This document shows positions 8,827-18,021 of a stretch of 39,023 bases of DNA, piece after piece. The stretch lies in NCBI GenBank assembly GCA_043813365.1, contig JBDRLB010000062.1, forward strand, positions 1 to 39,023. The letters run 5' to 3'. The notes beneath the pieces were generated by a model. That model was not told where the DNA came from. It saw nothing but the letters and a program-made list of their open reading frames with translations, and did no database searches. The DNA comes from Candidatus Micrarchaeota archaeon (GTDB taxonomy: Archaea > Micrarchaeota > Micrarchaeia > Norongarragalinales > SBBD01). How positions within the stretch are numbered: position 1 is the stretch's first letter; each line of letters opens with the position of its first letter. A program made the position numbers and the translations under genes.

Positions 8827-10725
8827 CTACTTTTTCACTTCCGTGAAATCCGCATCCTGGACGTCATCCTTCCCGTAGCCGCTTTCGGATCCGTTTGAAG
8901 GGCCCGTGCTTCCCGAGAAATCCGAATGATCACTTCTGCCTTGCCCTTGTCCCGCTCCGCCGCTTCCTTCACCCCCCTTTTGGTAAAAGGATGCGCCCAT
9001 CGCTTGGAGCTCTTTCCTGAGTTTTTCAATTCCCTGCTTTATCCCTTCCTTTTCCTTCGCCTCAAGTGCTTTTTTCAGCCCGTCCGCCGCATCCTTCACT
9101 TTCTGTTTCTGCTGGTCGTTGACCTTTTCCCTCAGCTCCTCCATTGACTTTTCCGAAGTATATATCATGGCATCCGCCTCATTCTGGAGGTCAACAAGCT
9201 CCTTGCGCCTCCTGTCCTCCTCGGCGAATTTTTCCGCATCCTTCATCATCCTGTCGACCTCATCCTGTTTAAGCTTGTGGGGCGCGGTGATGGTAATTTT
9301 CTGCTCCTTTCCCGTTCCCATCTCCTTGGCCGAAACATGCAGAATGCCATTTGCATCGATATCGAAAGTCACCTCTATTTGCGGAATCCCCCTCTGGGCT
9401 GGCGGTATTCCTACCAATCCGAAATTCCCGAGCTCGACATTATCCCGGGCCATGGGCCTTTCCCCCTGAAAAACGTGTATGTCCACGGAAGTCTGCATGT
9501 CCGCCGCAGTTGTGAATGTTTGTGACTTCTTTGTCGGGATGGTGGTGTTCCTATCCAGTATTTTCGTGAAAACCCCGCCCATTGTTTCAATTCCCAGCGA
9601 GAGCGGCGTGACATCCAGCAGCAAAATGTCCTTCACTTCCCCGGCAAGTACTCCTGCCTGGATGGACGCGCCCAATGCGACGCATTCCATCGGATCCACC
9701 CCCCTTTCCACCTTCCTTCCCAAATTCTCCTCGACGAATTTCTGCACTATCGGCATCCTGGTGGGGCCGCCAACCAAAATTACCTTGTCAATTTCTGAGC
9801 CCGTGATTTTCGCATCCCCAAGCACGCGCTTGACTGGGTTCTCGCATCTCTTGATGATCGGCTTGATGATCTCCTCGAGTTTTGAGCGCGTCATCTGCAT
9901 CTGCAGGTGCTTAGGCTGGTTTGCAACGGATGTTATGAATGGAAGGTTGATTTCCGTCTGCACAACCGTAGATAGCTCGATTTTCGCCTTCTCAGCTGCT
10001 TCCCTCAGCCTTTGCATGGCAGTGCCGTCATTCCGGAGTTCCACGGCCTCCTTCTTCTTGAACTCCTGCACAAGGTATTCCACAAGCGCATTATCCATGT
10101 CGGTGCCGCCAAGCTGAGTATCCCCGGCCGTGCTTTTGACTTCGAAAACGCCCTTCCCAAATTCCATGATTGTAACGTCGAGCGTGCCTCCTCCCAAATC
10201 AAAAACCATTATCCGCTGCTCCTTCTCCGACTTGTCCATGCCGTACGCAAGGGCCGCTGCTGTCGGCTCGTTTATGATCCTTACGACCTCCAAGCCTGCG
10301 ATTTCGCCCGCATCCTTCGTCGCCTGCCTCTGGTTGTCGTTGAAATATGCCGGAACCGTGATCACGGCCTTTTTCACCGGCACGCCCAGGTGCGCTTCCG
10401 CGTCGTTCTTGATTTTCTGCAAAAGGAATGCGCTTATCTGCTGCGGCGTATACGCCTTCCCGAATATCTGGTAAATATGGTCAGTGCCTATTTTGCGCTT
10501 TGCCGCATAAACGGTCCCATCGGGGTTGCTTACAGCCTGCCTTCTTGCGGGCTCTCCAACCAGCATCTGCCCGTCCCTGGTGAATGCAACAAACGAAGGA
10601 AACGCCTTCCCTGCTACCGTAGTCCCTTCCGCGGAAGGGATGATTTCCGGCCTTCCGGCCGTCATCACAGCGGCTGCAGAATTTGATGTGCCCAGATCGA
10701 TTCCGATTATTTTTTCCATTGCCAT
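8827..10725 (-). CDS. dnaK: Molecular chaperone DnaK (Hsp70)
   Basis: [32 protein letters not shown] and DVTPLSLG signatures. Confidence 0.99.
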   Translation of the reverse strand: MAMEKIIGIDLGTSNSAAAVMTAGRPEIIPSAEGTTVAGKAFPSFVAFTRDGQMLVGEPARRQAVSNPDGTVYAAKRKIGTDHIYQIFGKAYTPQQISAFLLQKIKNDAEAHLGVPVKKAVITVPAYFNDNQRQATKDAGEIAGLEVVRIINEPTAAALAYGMDKSEKEQRIMVFDLGGGTLDVTIMEFGKGVFEVKSTAGDTQLGGTDMDNALVEYLVQEFKKKEAVELRNDGTAMQRLREAAEKAKIELSTVVQTEINLPFITSVANQPKHLQMQMTRSKLEEIIKPIIKRCENPVKRVLGDAKITGSEIDKVILVGGPTRMPIVQKFVEENLGRKVERGVDPMECVALGASIQAGVLAGEVKDILLLDVTPLSLGIETMGGVFTKILDRNTTIPTKKSQTFTTAADMQTSVDIHVFQGERPMARDNVELGNFGLVGIPPAQRGIPQIEVTFDIDANGILHVSAKEMGTGKEQKITITAPHKLKQDEVDRMMKDAEKFAEEDRRRKELVDLQNEADAMIYTSEKSMEELREKVNDQQKQKVKDAADGLKKALEAKEKEGIKQGIEKLRKELQAMGASFYQKGGEGSGGAGQGQGRSDHSDFSGSTGPSNGSESGYGKDDVQDADFTEVKK

Positions 10726-10807
10726 ATTTTCCTCACCCTATAAAGCTAATTGTTAGTTTCCCACGAATATTTTTCCTAAAACTGTCATTTCCCAATTTTC
10801 AATTCAA

Positions 10808-11401
10808 TTATTTCTCCTTCCCTTCGGCATAAACCGCCACTTTCGCAAACCTGAGCACCTTCCCATTAAGCAAATAGCCCTTCTGGATGATTTTTGCCAC
10901 CTTGCCAGCTAACTTTAAATCATCCGTTTTCTCCTTGCTCACCGCCTCCGCGCAATCATGGTCGAACCCTTCTTTCTCCATCAGCGGGATTTCCTGCAGC
11001 CCGTTCTCCTTTAGCGCCAGAAGCAAATTCGACCTTATCAGCTGCATCCCCTTCCTATGTTCGCCTTCCTCCATTTTCTGCAAAGCATCGCCCATCGCAT
11101 CAAGAGTTGGCAGCAAATCGGAAAGCAGCGCCTCGTTTGCCTGCAAAATAATTTCCATCTTCTCCTTTGCCGCCCTCTTCCTGAAATTCTCCAAGTCCGC
11201 CTGCATGTACTTCAGGCGTGTAAGGTATTCCTCACATGCCTTTTTCGCTTCCAAATATTCCTTATGGTAATCGGCATTATTTTCCGTTTCAGGCAGGTTT
11301 TCCAAAACCTTCCCCTCGCCGTCCATTTCCCCTTCAACTTTTTCCTTCCCCCTCTGTTCCTTTTCATCCCCAGCTCTTTCGTTCCCTTCGTTTTCAGCCA
11401 T
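10808..11401 (-). CDS. grpE: Nucleotide exchange factor GrpE
   Basis: ADLENFRKR, LLPTLD and QKGYLLNGKVLRFAKVAV. Directly upstream of dnaK. Confidence 0.96.
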   Translation of the reverse strand: MAENEGNERAGDEKEQRGKEKVEGEMDGEGKVLENLPETENNADYHKEYLEAKKACEEYLTRLKYMQADLENFRKRAAKEKMEIILQANEALLSDLLPTLDAMGDALQKMEEGEHRKGMQLIRSNLLLALKENGLQEIPLMEKEGFDHDCAEAVSKEKTDDLKLAGKVAKIIQKGYLLNGKVLRFAKVAVYAEGKEK

Positions 11402-11413
11402 ACGTAAACACCA

Positions 11414-11824
11414 TCAGAATCTCTCTATCCCCATCTCTTCGTCAATTTCCACAGCCATCCTCTTGATCATCTTGAACATCCTGCGCATATCGTCCTCCAT
11501 CTCATCCACCGTGTCCTGCAGCGACTGGCCGCGCAATTCGTATTCCCTTCCCCTCCTCACGATCAGCCCGCTTTCCATCAATTTATTGAGGTGGTAAACC
11601 GTTCCTCCCCTTGTGAGCTGCATCTTCCTGCTTATCACTATGCTTCTGACCCCACCCTCCTTTCCCTTCTGCTCCTTTTGCAGTATTTCCCTGAAAATGT
11701 TTTTTGCAACGGAATTCTCGTCCGTAGCCATTCCAAGCGAATTGCAGAACGCCTCCAGCTCCTGCTCCAACGCCTTCTTCGCAGGCCGCTCCATCCTCCT
11801 CACCGTGATCTGCTGCGCATCCAT
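11414..11824 (-). CDS. Winged-helix transcriptional regulator, probable regulator of grpE-dnaK
   Basis: HTH segment LTRGGTVYHLNKLMESGLIVRRGREYEL. AGGAGG RBS before MDAQQ. First gene of the grpE-dnaK run. Confidence 0.8.
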   Translation of the reverse strand: MDAQQITVRRMERPAKKALEQELEAFCNSLGMATDENSVAKNIFREILQKEQKGKEGGVRSIVISRKMQLTRGGTVYHLNKLMESGLIVRRGREYELRGQSLQDTVDEMEDDMRRMFKMIKRMAVEIDEEMGIERF

Positions 11825-11849
11825 TTTTCCCAACCTCCTTTGCAGCAAT

Positions 11850-11931
11850 GTTAGGTTTATCAACATTTATATATTGGTTGGTTAAAATGAATTAATTGCT
11901 ATTTTTGAACAGTAATTTGCTATTCATAGCA
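11850..11931 (-). promoter_or_regulatory. TATA-like promoter region with palindromes upstream of the regulator-grpE-dnaK genes
   Basis: TATATAAA on the - strand at about 11866-11873, flanked by a CAAC...GTTG inverted pair. Palindrome TGCTAT-TC-ATAGCA at 11918-11931. Confidence 0.45.
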
Positions 11932-11971
11932 GTTGCCGTATTTTCCTATTTTAAAAAGATGATTAGGAAAA

Positions 11972-13162
11972 TCAGACCTGTGCAATGGCTTCCTCCATCT
12001 CCCCCTCTGCAAGCAATTCGAACAGCTCCTCCGGATTCTTTATCTCAAGTTTCTTCTCCTTGATTTTTGACTTCAGGATGCCCATTCCCAGCTCTTTTAC
12101 GCTCCTTCCTTCCGCTCGCAAGTTCCGGATAGTGTCGATTTTCTCCTTCAAATCATCCGATTCAAAATCCCTATCTAAGAAAATCTGCGCCCTCCCCGAA
12201 TGCTTCCTTATTATTTTTTCCAGCTCCAGCACCGCACCGTCCGCTTTCCTCAAATTCCCGGTCAATTTGATCTTTATAACGGGCTTCTTTATGCAATGCG
12301 CCTTCAGCAGCTCCTGCAGCTCCTTATCAACCCTTTCCTCAACTTCCTTTGCCGTGGGGTTTTGGAACTCCAGCTCCCTGAAAAAGAACGGCCTTCCCTC
12401 AATCCTCTCGAATTCCGCCTTCCCTGTTTTTGTGTCGAACAAATAGAACCCCTTCGGCTTCTCCTCGTTCTTCTTCATCTGCGTGACAATTGTTGAGCCG
12501 GCAACGAGCAATCTCCTCCCATTTATTTTCAGCTCCTGGTTCCAATGGATGTGCCCGTTCACATACAAATCAAAGCCAGCGGGAAGCTCCTCCATTGCAA
12601 CATCCTCCTCCCTCTCAATAGGAAGGAGCTCCTTGAGGTTCTGGTGGAAAACGAAAATGTTGAAAGCACCTTTCAGCGGCTTGAACGCTGCAACTTCCAG
12701 CGTCCTCCTGAAATACTCTTCCGGCACTCCCCCAAGGCCCTGGATGCAAACACTCTCCCCCTCTTTCTTCAATATGATTTTTTTCGCATGCACGCTAACG
12801 ACCATGTTTGCCGCTTCCAAAATTTGTATTATGTTGGAAAGCCCCTTGCTCCTTCTTTCATGCGTTCCCCATATTGCAAGGACCGGTATTCCCTCGTGCG
12901 AAAGCGGATTCCCCGTACCCTCGTTTTCCTCCGAAATTTTAACATCCGCGTGCTTTCCGGAAGTTTTCCTCTGCAATTCGGCAAAAAGGTTCATCGTCTC
13001 GTGCACGGTCTCCTGCTTTGGCACCCTGTAGTCGTATATGTCCCCCGGCATCAGTATCGCATCCGCCTTCAGCTCCATTGCTTTCTCCAGCGCCTCCCTT
13101 GCCTGGGGAAGCGCATCCTCATTGAACCCGAAATGGCAATCGGATATTATCGCGATCTTCAT
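11972..13162 (-). CDS. mre11: DNA double-strand break repair nuclease Mre11 (SbcD family)
   Basis: Phosphoesterase motifs SDCHFG, GDIYD, GTHE, FHQ and GHIH, plus AGS and KGFYLFD. Confidence 0.88.
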   Translation of the reverse strand: MKIAIISDCHFGFNEDALPQAREALEKAMELKADAILMPGDIYDYRVPKQETVHETMNLFAELQRKTSGKHADVKISEENEGTGNPLSHEGIPVLAIWGTHERRSKGLSNIIQILEAANMVVSVHAKKIILKKEGESVCIQGLGGVPEEYFRRTLEVAAFKPLKGAFNIFVFHQNLKELLPIEREEDVAMEELPAGFDLYVNGHIHWNQELKINGRRLLVAGSTIVTQMKKNEEKPKGFYLFDTKTGKAEFERIEGRPFFFRELEFQNPTAKEVEERVDKELQELLKAHCIKKPVIKIKLTGNLRKADGAVLELEKIIRKHSGRAQIFLDRDFESDDLKEKIDTIRNLRAEGRSVKELGMGILKSKIKEKKLEIKNPEELFELLAEGEMEEAIAQV

Positions 13163-13288
13163 TTTTACCGGAATAATAACCGGATCGGAAAATTATAAAC
13201 CCTATCAATGAATGCAAGGGCCGCTTCCCCCAAGCCATTTCTTTAGATAGTAATTTAAACCTCCGTCGCGTGAAAGGGTTGGATTTTT

Positions 13289-13720
13289 ATGGCCGAATGG
13301 TACGTTTACGCGCTGCTCACGATGCTCCTTTTCTCATTTGCGAACATCACCCTCAAAACTTTGCTTACAGACCAGCTTGTAGAGCAGGTAAAGAAGAACT
13401 CCGGCATAATACTGCCAACAATACTGATTTTCGTGCTTGCAACTGTTGCAGTTTACTTCCTTTTCCTCACAAAGCTTAATCTCCCGCTTAATATCATTCT
13501 GACCGCAATAGGGTTCGTAATCATGGCGATGGCAGGCTTCGTATTCCTCCTTATGGCAACCTCCTCCGGCCCCATCTCGCTCGTCACTGCAATTGTAAGC
13601 ACGAGCAGCCTGACGGTTGCGCTGCTTTCCGTATTCCTGCTGAAGGAGCAGCTTTCCTTAAAGGAGATCGGCGGCATCGCGCTCGCGTTCATCGGCATAC
13701 TGATGATTATCTGGAAATAA
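13289..13720 (+). CDS. EamA/DMT family transporter (single repeat)
   Basis: Five TM helices, with GPISLV and LSVFLLKEQLSLKEIGGIAL motifs. Confidence 0.85.
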   Translation: MAEWYVYALLTMLLFSFANITLKTLLTDQLVEQVKKNSGIILPTILIFVLATVAVYFLFLTKLNLPLNIILTAIGFVIMAMAGFVFLLMATSSGPISLVTAIVSTSSLTVALLSVFLLKEQLSLKEIGGIALAFIGILMIIWK

Positions 13721-13746
13721 CCGATCTTTTCGGCGCTATTTGCATT

Positions 13747-15594
13747 TCATCTGGAAATCAGTATGAACGCGATCACCAAGCTCAGTATCAGGATTGATGG
13801 CGCGAATATCTTTGCAATTGAAACAATCGAATTGATGGTGGAGATCACTTCCGGCGACCTGCGAGAGCCGAGCACCTCTATTTCAATGCGCTTCATGCTC
13901 GTTGCGGCTTCCGTAACCTCGAGGTCCTCAATGGCCGCATCTATCCCCTTCTCGATCCGTGCGATCAGCTTCTGCCTGTCGCAATATTTCCCCAACGGAT
14001 TGTGTATCCCTGAAATGGTATTGACTGCGTGCGTATCCGTTGTCATCACATCGCAGAAGCCGAACCGGTATTTCTGCGACAATTTGAGGAGAATTTCCCT
14101 CCTGAACTCGGGCAGCACATTGTTTGCATCGATGAGCACTGTGCATGTCCGCTTTCCCTTTACCTCAAAAACCGAAACGATCATCCCCATCTTCCCTATT
14201 CCTTGTTGCATCCCGAAATCATCGAGCCTATCCGAACAAGTGCCGAACCTGAACGGCGCGCTTGCGGCCGGGGAGTATTCGTCTATGAGGTCGTAAATTT
14301 CATAAAATTGGGGGGTGCCGCTCAGCATGTAGTCGCCATCCGTCTTGCTGTTGTGCATGTCCACCAGGATCGCATTTTCCAGCCCCCGCGTCTTCAATTT
14401 GTTGATCAATATGAGCCCAAGCGGGAACTCGATGTCCTCCGTGCTGTTCGGTGCGTTGGAAAGGCAGAAAAAGCCGTTCCTTTCGCCGAAATTCATCGAA
14501 ATGATGCGGCCGCTTCCTTTTCTGGATGAAAGCACGCGGCTCTGGAACCCGGGCTCGAATTTTCCGCCCTTCCGGAGCCGCATAATTTCCGTAGAAAACG
14601 CGTTTTCGAATTTCTCATGCACCGAGGAATAAACCGGATTGAAATCATGGTTCACCGTCGCATGGTAGACTGAAACGGGAACGCCGAGCTTTTCCGAAAG
14701 CGGCCTCGAGAGCAGGGCCGGGAATTCGCTCCCCCCAAGATTTCCGACCGGCCCGAAATGCACGTACGGCACAAGCCAAGCGGCCTTGAGTTTTTTTGTC
14801 CTCGAGTTCCTGAAAACCACCGTGCCGTAAAATGTCTCCACCTTCTCCCCCATTTCCGCGAGTATGTCTTCCAGCCCCTTCGATCCGTATGCCCATTGCG
14901 CGCTGAAAAGCGCCATCACCTGAAGTGTCGAGATGCCGAAATTGCGCTGCGCAGGGGCATTGATGATGTAGAATATGAATCCCATTGCAAGCAGGAGCAC
15001 CGATGCTGAGATGACGAATTTTATCCCGAGCACTATGGGGTCCTGCAAATTGGCGGCAATGAATGTGCTGTAGATTATCAGGAACGAGATGTTGAGTGCG
15101 GGTTGGATGAGCGAAATTATCAGCGTCTTCAGCCCGTAATTGAGCATGATGAAAAGTGCCAAAAACCAGATGCCGAAAATCACCGTGTTTGTGAGCAGGA
15201 TAAGCGTCTGCTGCTGGTTCTGGTCCGAGGCAACCAGCAGCGTAAGTATGTAGAGCACCGCACTTGCCGCCACGGATAGCAGCGCCACGAATGAGAAATG
15301 CCTGAGGCGGTTCCTGAATTTTTCCTTGCGCGTTATGCTCGCCGCAAGAGCCGCAGAGAGGATTGCGGGCACCCCGAGTATGATGACTCCCTCCGCACCG
15401 CCGAAGAGCAGGTAATTGCCGATCGCTGAGAAATGCAGCGATTTGACGAACAATGTGTTCAGCCCTACGCCTGCAATGAAGCTCAGTACGATGATGAACA
15501 ATATGCTCTTCTTGTATGATGGCAGGGGCGCAAATAGTTTTGTGATTGTCACTGCCTTCAGGTCCCTTTGCGCATCTGTTGTCTGCGATTTCAC
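13747..15594 (-). CDS. DUF2070 family membrane protein
   Basis: N-terminal TM bundle with HFGPVGNLGGS, HDFNP, DMHNS, DANN and TTDTH motifs. Confidence 0.88.
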   Translation of the reverse strand: MKSQTTDAQRDLKAVTITKLFAPLPSYKKSILFIIVLSFIAGVGLNTLFVKSLHFSAIGNYLLFGGAEGVIILGVPAILSAALAASITRKEKFRNRLRHFSFVALLSVAASAVLYILTLLVASDQNQQQTLILLTNTVIFGIWFLALFIMLNYGLKTLIISLIQPALNISFLIIYSTFIAANLQDPIVLGIKFVISASVLLLAMGFIFYIINAPAQRNFGISTLQVMALFSAQWAYGSKGLEDILAEMGEKVETFYGTVVFRNSRTKKLKAAWLVPYVHFGPVGNLGGSEFPALLSRPLSEKLGVPVSVYHATVNHDFNPVYSSVHEKFENAFSTEIMRLRKGGKFEPGFQSRVLSSRKGSGRIISMNFGERNGFFCLSNAPNSTEDIEFPLGLILINKLKTRGLENAILVDMHNSKTDGDYMLSGTPQFYEIYDLIDEYSPAASAPFRFGTCSDRLDDFGMQQGIGKMGMIVSVFEVKGKRTCTVLIDANNVLPEFRREILLKLSQKYRFGFCDVMTTDTHAVNTISGIHNPLGKYCDRQKLIARIEKGIDAAIEDLEVTEAATSMKRIEIEVLGSRRSPEVISTINSIVSIAKIFAPSILILSLVIAFILISR

Positions 15595-15672
15595 GCTAAG
15601 TTGAGAGAAAGCATATTTTAAAGGCGTAACGGATGGCGGATCGAACGGAAAGCGGATCGGGGCTTGCCCGGC

Positions 15673-15915
15673 CTATCTTTTAAGCTGGTTCTGCACGGGC
15701 CGGTAGCTCAGCCTGTAGGATTTCGGGTAATGGAGGGTGAGGATTTTGCGCTTCAGCTTGTATGCATTCTGGAAATATTCCGCAAGCACGTCCTCAAAGC
15801 TCATGTGCTTTTCGAGCGCGATCTTCATCAGCTCGACCGTGAGGAACCTGAGCTCGGAGTTCATCAGTGCCATTTCCTCATAATTTTCGGCGGGCATGGA
15901 CTCATTATTCCGCAA
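15673..15915 (-). CDS. Small hypothetical protein
   Basis: 80-aa ORF with plausible helical composition and an upstream TTTAATATA box. Confidence 0.6.
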   Translation of the reverse strand: MRNNESMPAENYEEMALMNSELRFLTVELMKIALEKHMSFEDVLAEYFQNAYKLKRKILTLHYPKSYRLSYRPVQNQLKR

Positions 15916-16095
15916 AGTATATTAAACGTAGGCCTACGGCGGCTTTTGCATGCCGCATCAAAGATATGATTTTCAACGGAACTGGCGGACGCATGGGGAG
16001 GCCCGCGAACCTTCCCTTTACATGAATATTTCATCCCCAATCCCCTTCGAGGCAGAAAGATTTATAACCCCCGTTCCGTAATTGCTCTGATTGAA

Positions 16096-16428
16096 ATGGA
16101 AGTCGCATGCCCGCAGTGCGGGAACCCGAACCTCGATGTAGATGAGGCCAACTCCGTCGTGTTCTGCAGGAAGTGCGGCTTCGCGGTCCGCGTTGACCCG
16201 CAAACCGGGAACGTCACTCCCCTGAATGAGGCTGGGGCGCCCCCGGAAGGCAGTATGGCGCCTCCAGAAGCATACTCCCGAAAGACGATCCTTGGAACCG
16301 ACCCGCTCACGTTTTTCCTAGGTGGGACGGCGCTCCTTCTCCTCCTCACATGGATCGGTCAGCTCACGTCCGGCTGGTTCATGATTTTGGAATCAGTTGT
16401 GCTGATCTTCTGGTGGTACAACCGGTAA
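16096..16428 (+). CDS. Zinc-ribbon protein with two C-terminal TM helices
   Basis: CPQCG...CRKCG zinc ribbon, hydrophobic C-terminus and upstream TTTATAA. Confidence 0.75.
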   Translation: MEVACPQCGNPNLDVDEANSVVFCRKCGFAVRVDPQTGNVTPLNEAGAPPEGSMAPPEAYSRKTILGTDPLTFFLGGTALLLLLTWIGQLTSGWFMILESVVLIFWWYNR

Positions 16429-16658
16429 TTTGTGCCGCATTTTGTGCTGCTGCCTGAATATTCCCCAAACTGGAATTTTATCTCCCCACTCATTGTTGCC
16501 CCGCATGCAAGGGTTTCGTAAATCCTTGCATCCATCTTCCCCAATTCAAATTTTGCCTCCATTCCTAGTGAATTTGACAGTGAAATCAGCAGGCAAAGGA
16601 ATGCGAATGCTGCTGCAAGCAACATTAGGAATTCAAGCGAACCTTGCGCCTTCCTCAT
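16359..16658 (-). CDS. Class III signal peptide protein (archaeal pilin-like)
   Basis: N-terminus MRKAQGSLEFLMLLA matches the archaeal prepilin motif KA/Q-x-S-x-E followed by a hydrophobic helix. Confidence 0.75.
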   Translation of the reverse strand: MRKAQGSLEFLMLLAAAFAFLCLLISLSNSLGMEAKFELGKMDARIYETLACGATMSGEIKFQFGEYSGSSTKCGTNYRLYHQKISTTDSKIMNQPDVS

Positions 16659-17269
16659 CCGAATCCCTCATCCATGGTGATGACTGCCACCTTTTCTAAC
16701 CTGTCGTCATGCAAGCTGATCCCGAAATGCGCCCTTAAGGGCAGCGCGGCAAAACCCGTGCTTTCGGGGAATTCCGAAAAGGATTTTCGCGATATTCCGA
16801 GCCCTCCCGGGCCGTCGAAAAGGAACGCTTCGGAAAAAAACGCCATTCTGCCATCGTAAGCGACGGATGTGCGGGTGAAGTCGAAACATATGTTGCACTT
16901 TTCAGCCCCCTTTCCGGATTCCATTTTTCCAACAATTCTTCTCATCTCCCCATCCGATGCAATTCCGAACCATGCATCCGCATCAAAGCCATCCTCTCCG
17001 AATTTCGCCTCAAGCGCCCGTTCCAACTCATTAAGTTTGCTTGCCGCATCAGCCGCCCGGAGCCTCCCCTTTCCCAACGAATTCCCAAGGACCTGCCTGA
17101 ACGCGTTCCTTGCCTCCTCCCCGGCTGAAAAAAATCTCTCCGCTGAGATCTGCCCCGAAATTGCGGATGATGCGGACTCATGCGCCTTCCTGAAACTGCC
17201 CGCAACCATCAGCAGCGGAAACAGCATCGCCAGCAGCAGCGCGAATGAAACGATCCCCCTCATCCCCAT
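16655..17269 (-). CDS. Secreted or pilin-like protein with a probable class III signal peptide
   Basis: MGMRG followed by hydrophobic IVSFALLLAMLF. Stop/start overlap with the downstream pilin-like gene. Confidence 0.6.
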   Translation of the reverse strand: MGMRGIVSFALLLAMLFPLLMVAGSFRKAHESASSAISGQISAERFFSAGEEARNAFRQVLGNSLGKGRLRAADAASKLNELERALEAKFGEDGFDADAWFGIASDGEMRRIVGKMESGKGAEKCNICFDFTRTSVAYDGRMAFFSEAFLFDGPGGLGISRKSFSEFPESTGFAALPLRAHFGISLHDDRLEKVAVITMDEGFG

Positions 17270-17310
17270 CGCATATAACCTTTATTAAGTTCCTAATTAT
17301 TATTTGGTTT

Positions 17311-18021
17311 ATGAGAAATCAACTTCTCGTTTACATGCTCGCGCTCGCAGTTGCGCTGAATGCATATTCCGACTTCTCGTTTTCCGGCCATGTGAAGATA
17401 AACGAGGACGGCACCGCCCACGTGACGGAAAAGACCGTTTTCCTGTTTGAAACGCCCGAGGAGCGCAAGGCATTCGAGATCAACATGAACCTCGGGGAGA
17501 GCACAATACTGGAATGGAAGAAGTTCAGCAATAACATCGGCTACCACATCAGCGGCATAGCGAACAATTCAAAAATAACCGCAAAGCGCGAGTTTACCGT
17601 GAGCTTCGAGGCTGGCACTGTCATTGTGGAGTATGACACGAACAACCTTTTCCATCAGCAGCTTGTTGGCAGCAGGCGCACGACATTCGATTTGGATGCG
17701 GGCCTGCTCTCCTTTGAGCGCACCAAAACCGGCCAGATGAGCCTTGGGAACAACATGGACCTTACGTTCGAATACCCCAAGGGCAGCGACCTCCTGAAGG
17801 TTGCGCCCGTATATGAGCAGGAGGGGAACTTGGTCGTATGGAGGGGGCCCATAGCCGGGATATGGGAATTCTCGTACGCCAGGGAAATACCCCTGAGCCA
17901 GGAGGTAAGCGAATTCTTCGTTGACACCTACAATACGGCAATAGAAAAGCTGCCTTTGCTACTTCTTTCGGGCTTTTCCCTCCTTGTGCTTTTCGTGCTT
18001 GTAAAGTTCGGCCGCAAGTGA
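17311..18021 (+). CDS. Exported beta-rich protein with C-terminal membrane anchor
   Basis: Signal peptide MRNQLLVYMLALAVALNA, VKINEDGTAHVTE, and a C-terminal TM helix plus basic tail. Confidence 0.7.
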   Translation: MRNQLLVYMLALAVALNAYSDFSFSGHVKINEDGTAHVTEKTVFLFETPEERKAFEINMNLGESTILEWKKFSNNIGYHISGIANNSKITAKREFTVSFEAGTVIVEYDTNNLFHQQLVGSRRTTFDLDAGLLSFERTKTGQMSLGNNMDLTFEYPKGSDLLKVAPVYEQEGNLVVWRGPIAGIWEFSYAREIPLSQEVSEFFVDTYNTAIEKLPLLLLSGFSLLVLFVLVKFGRK

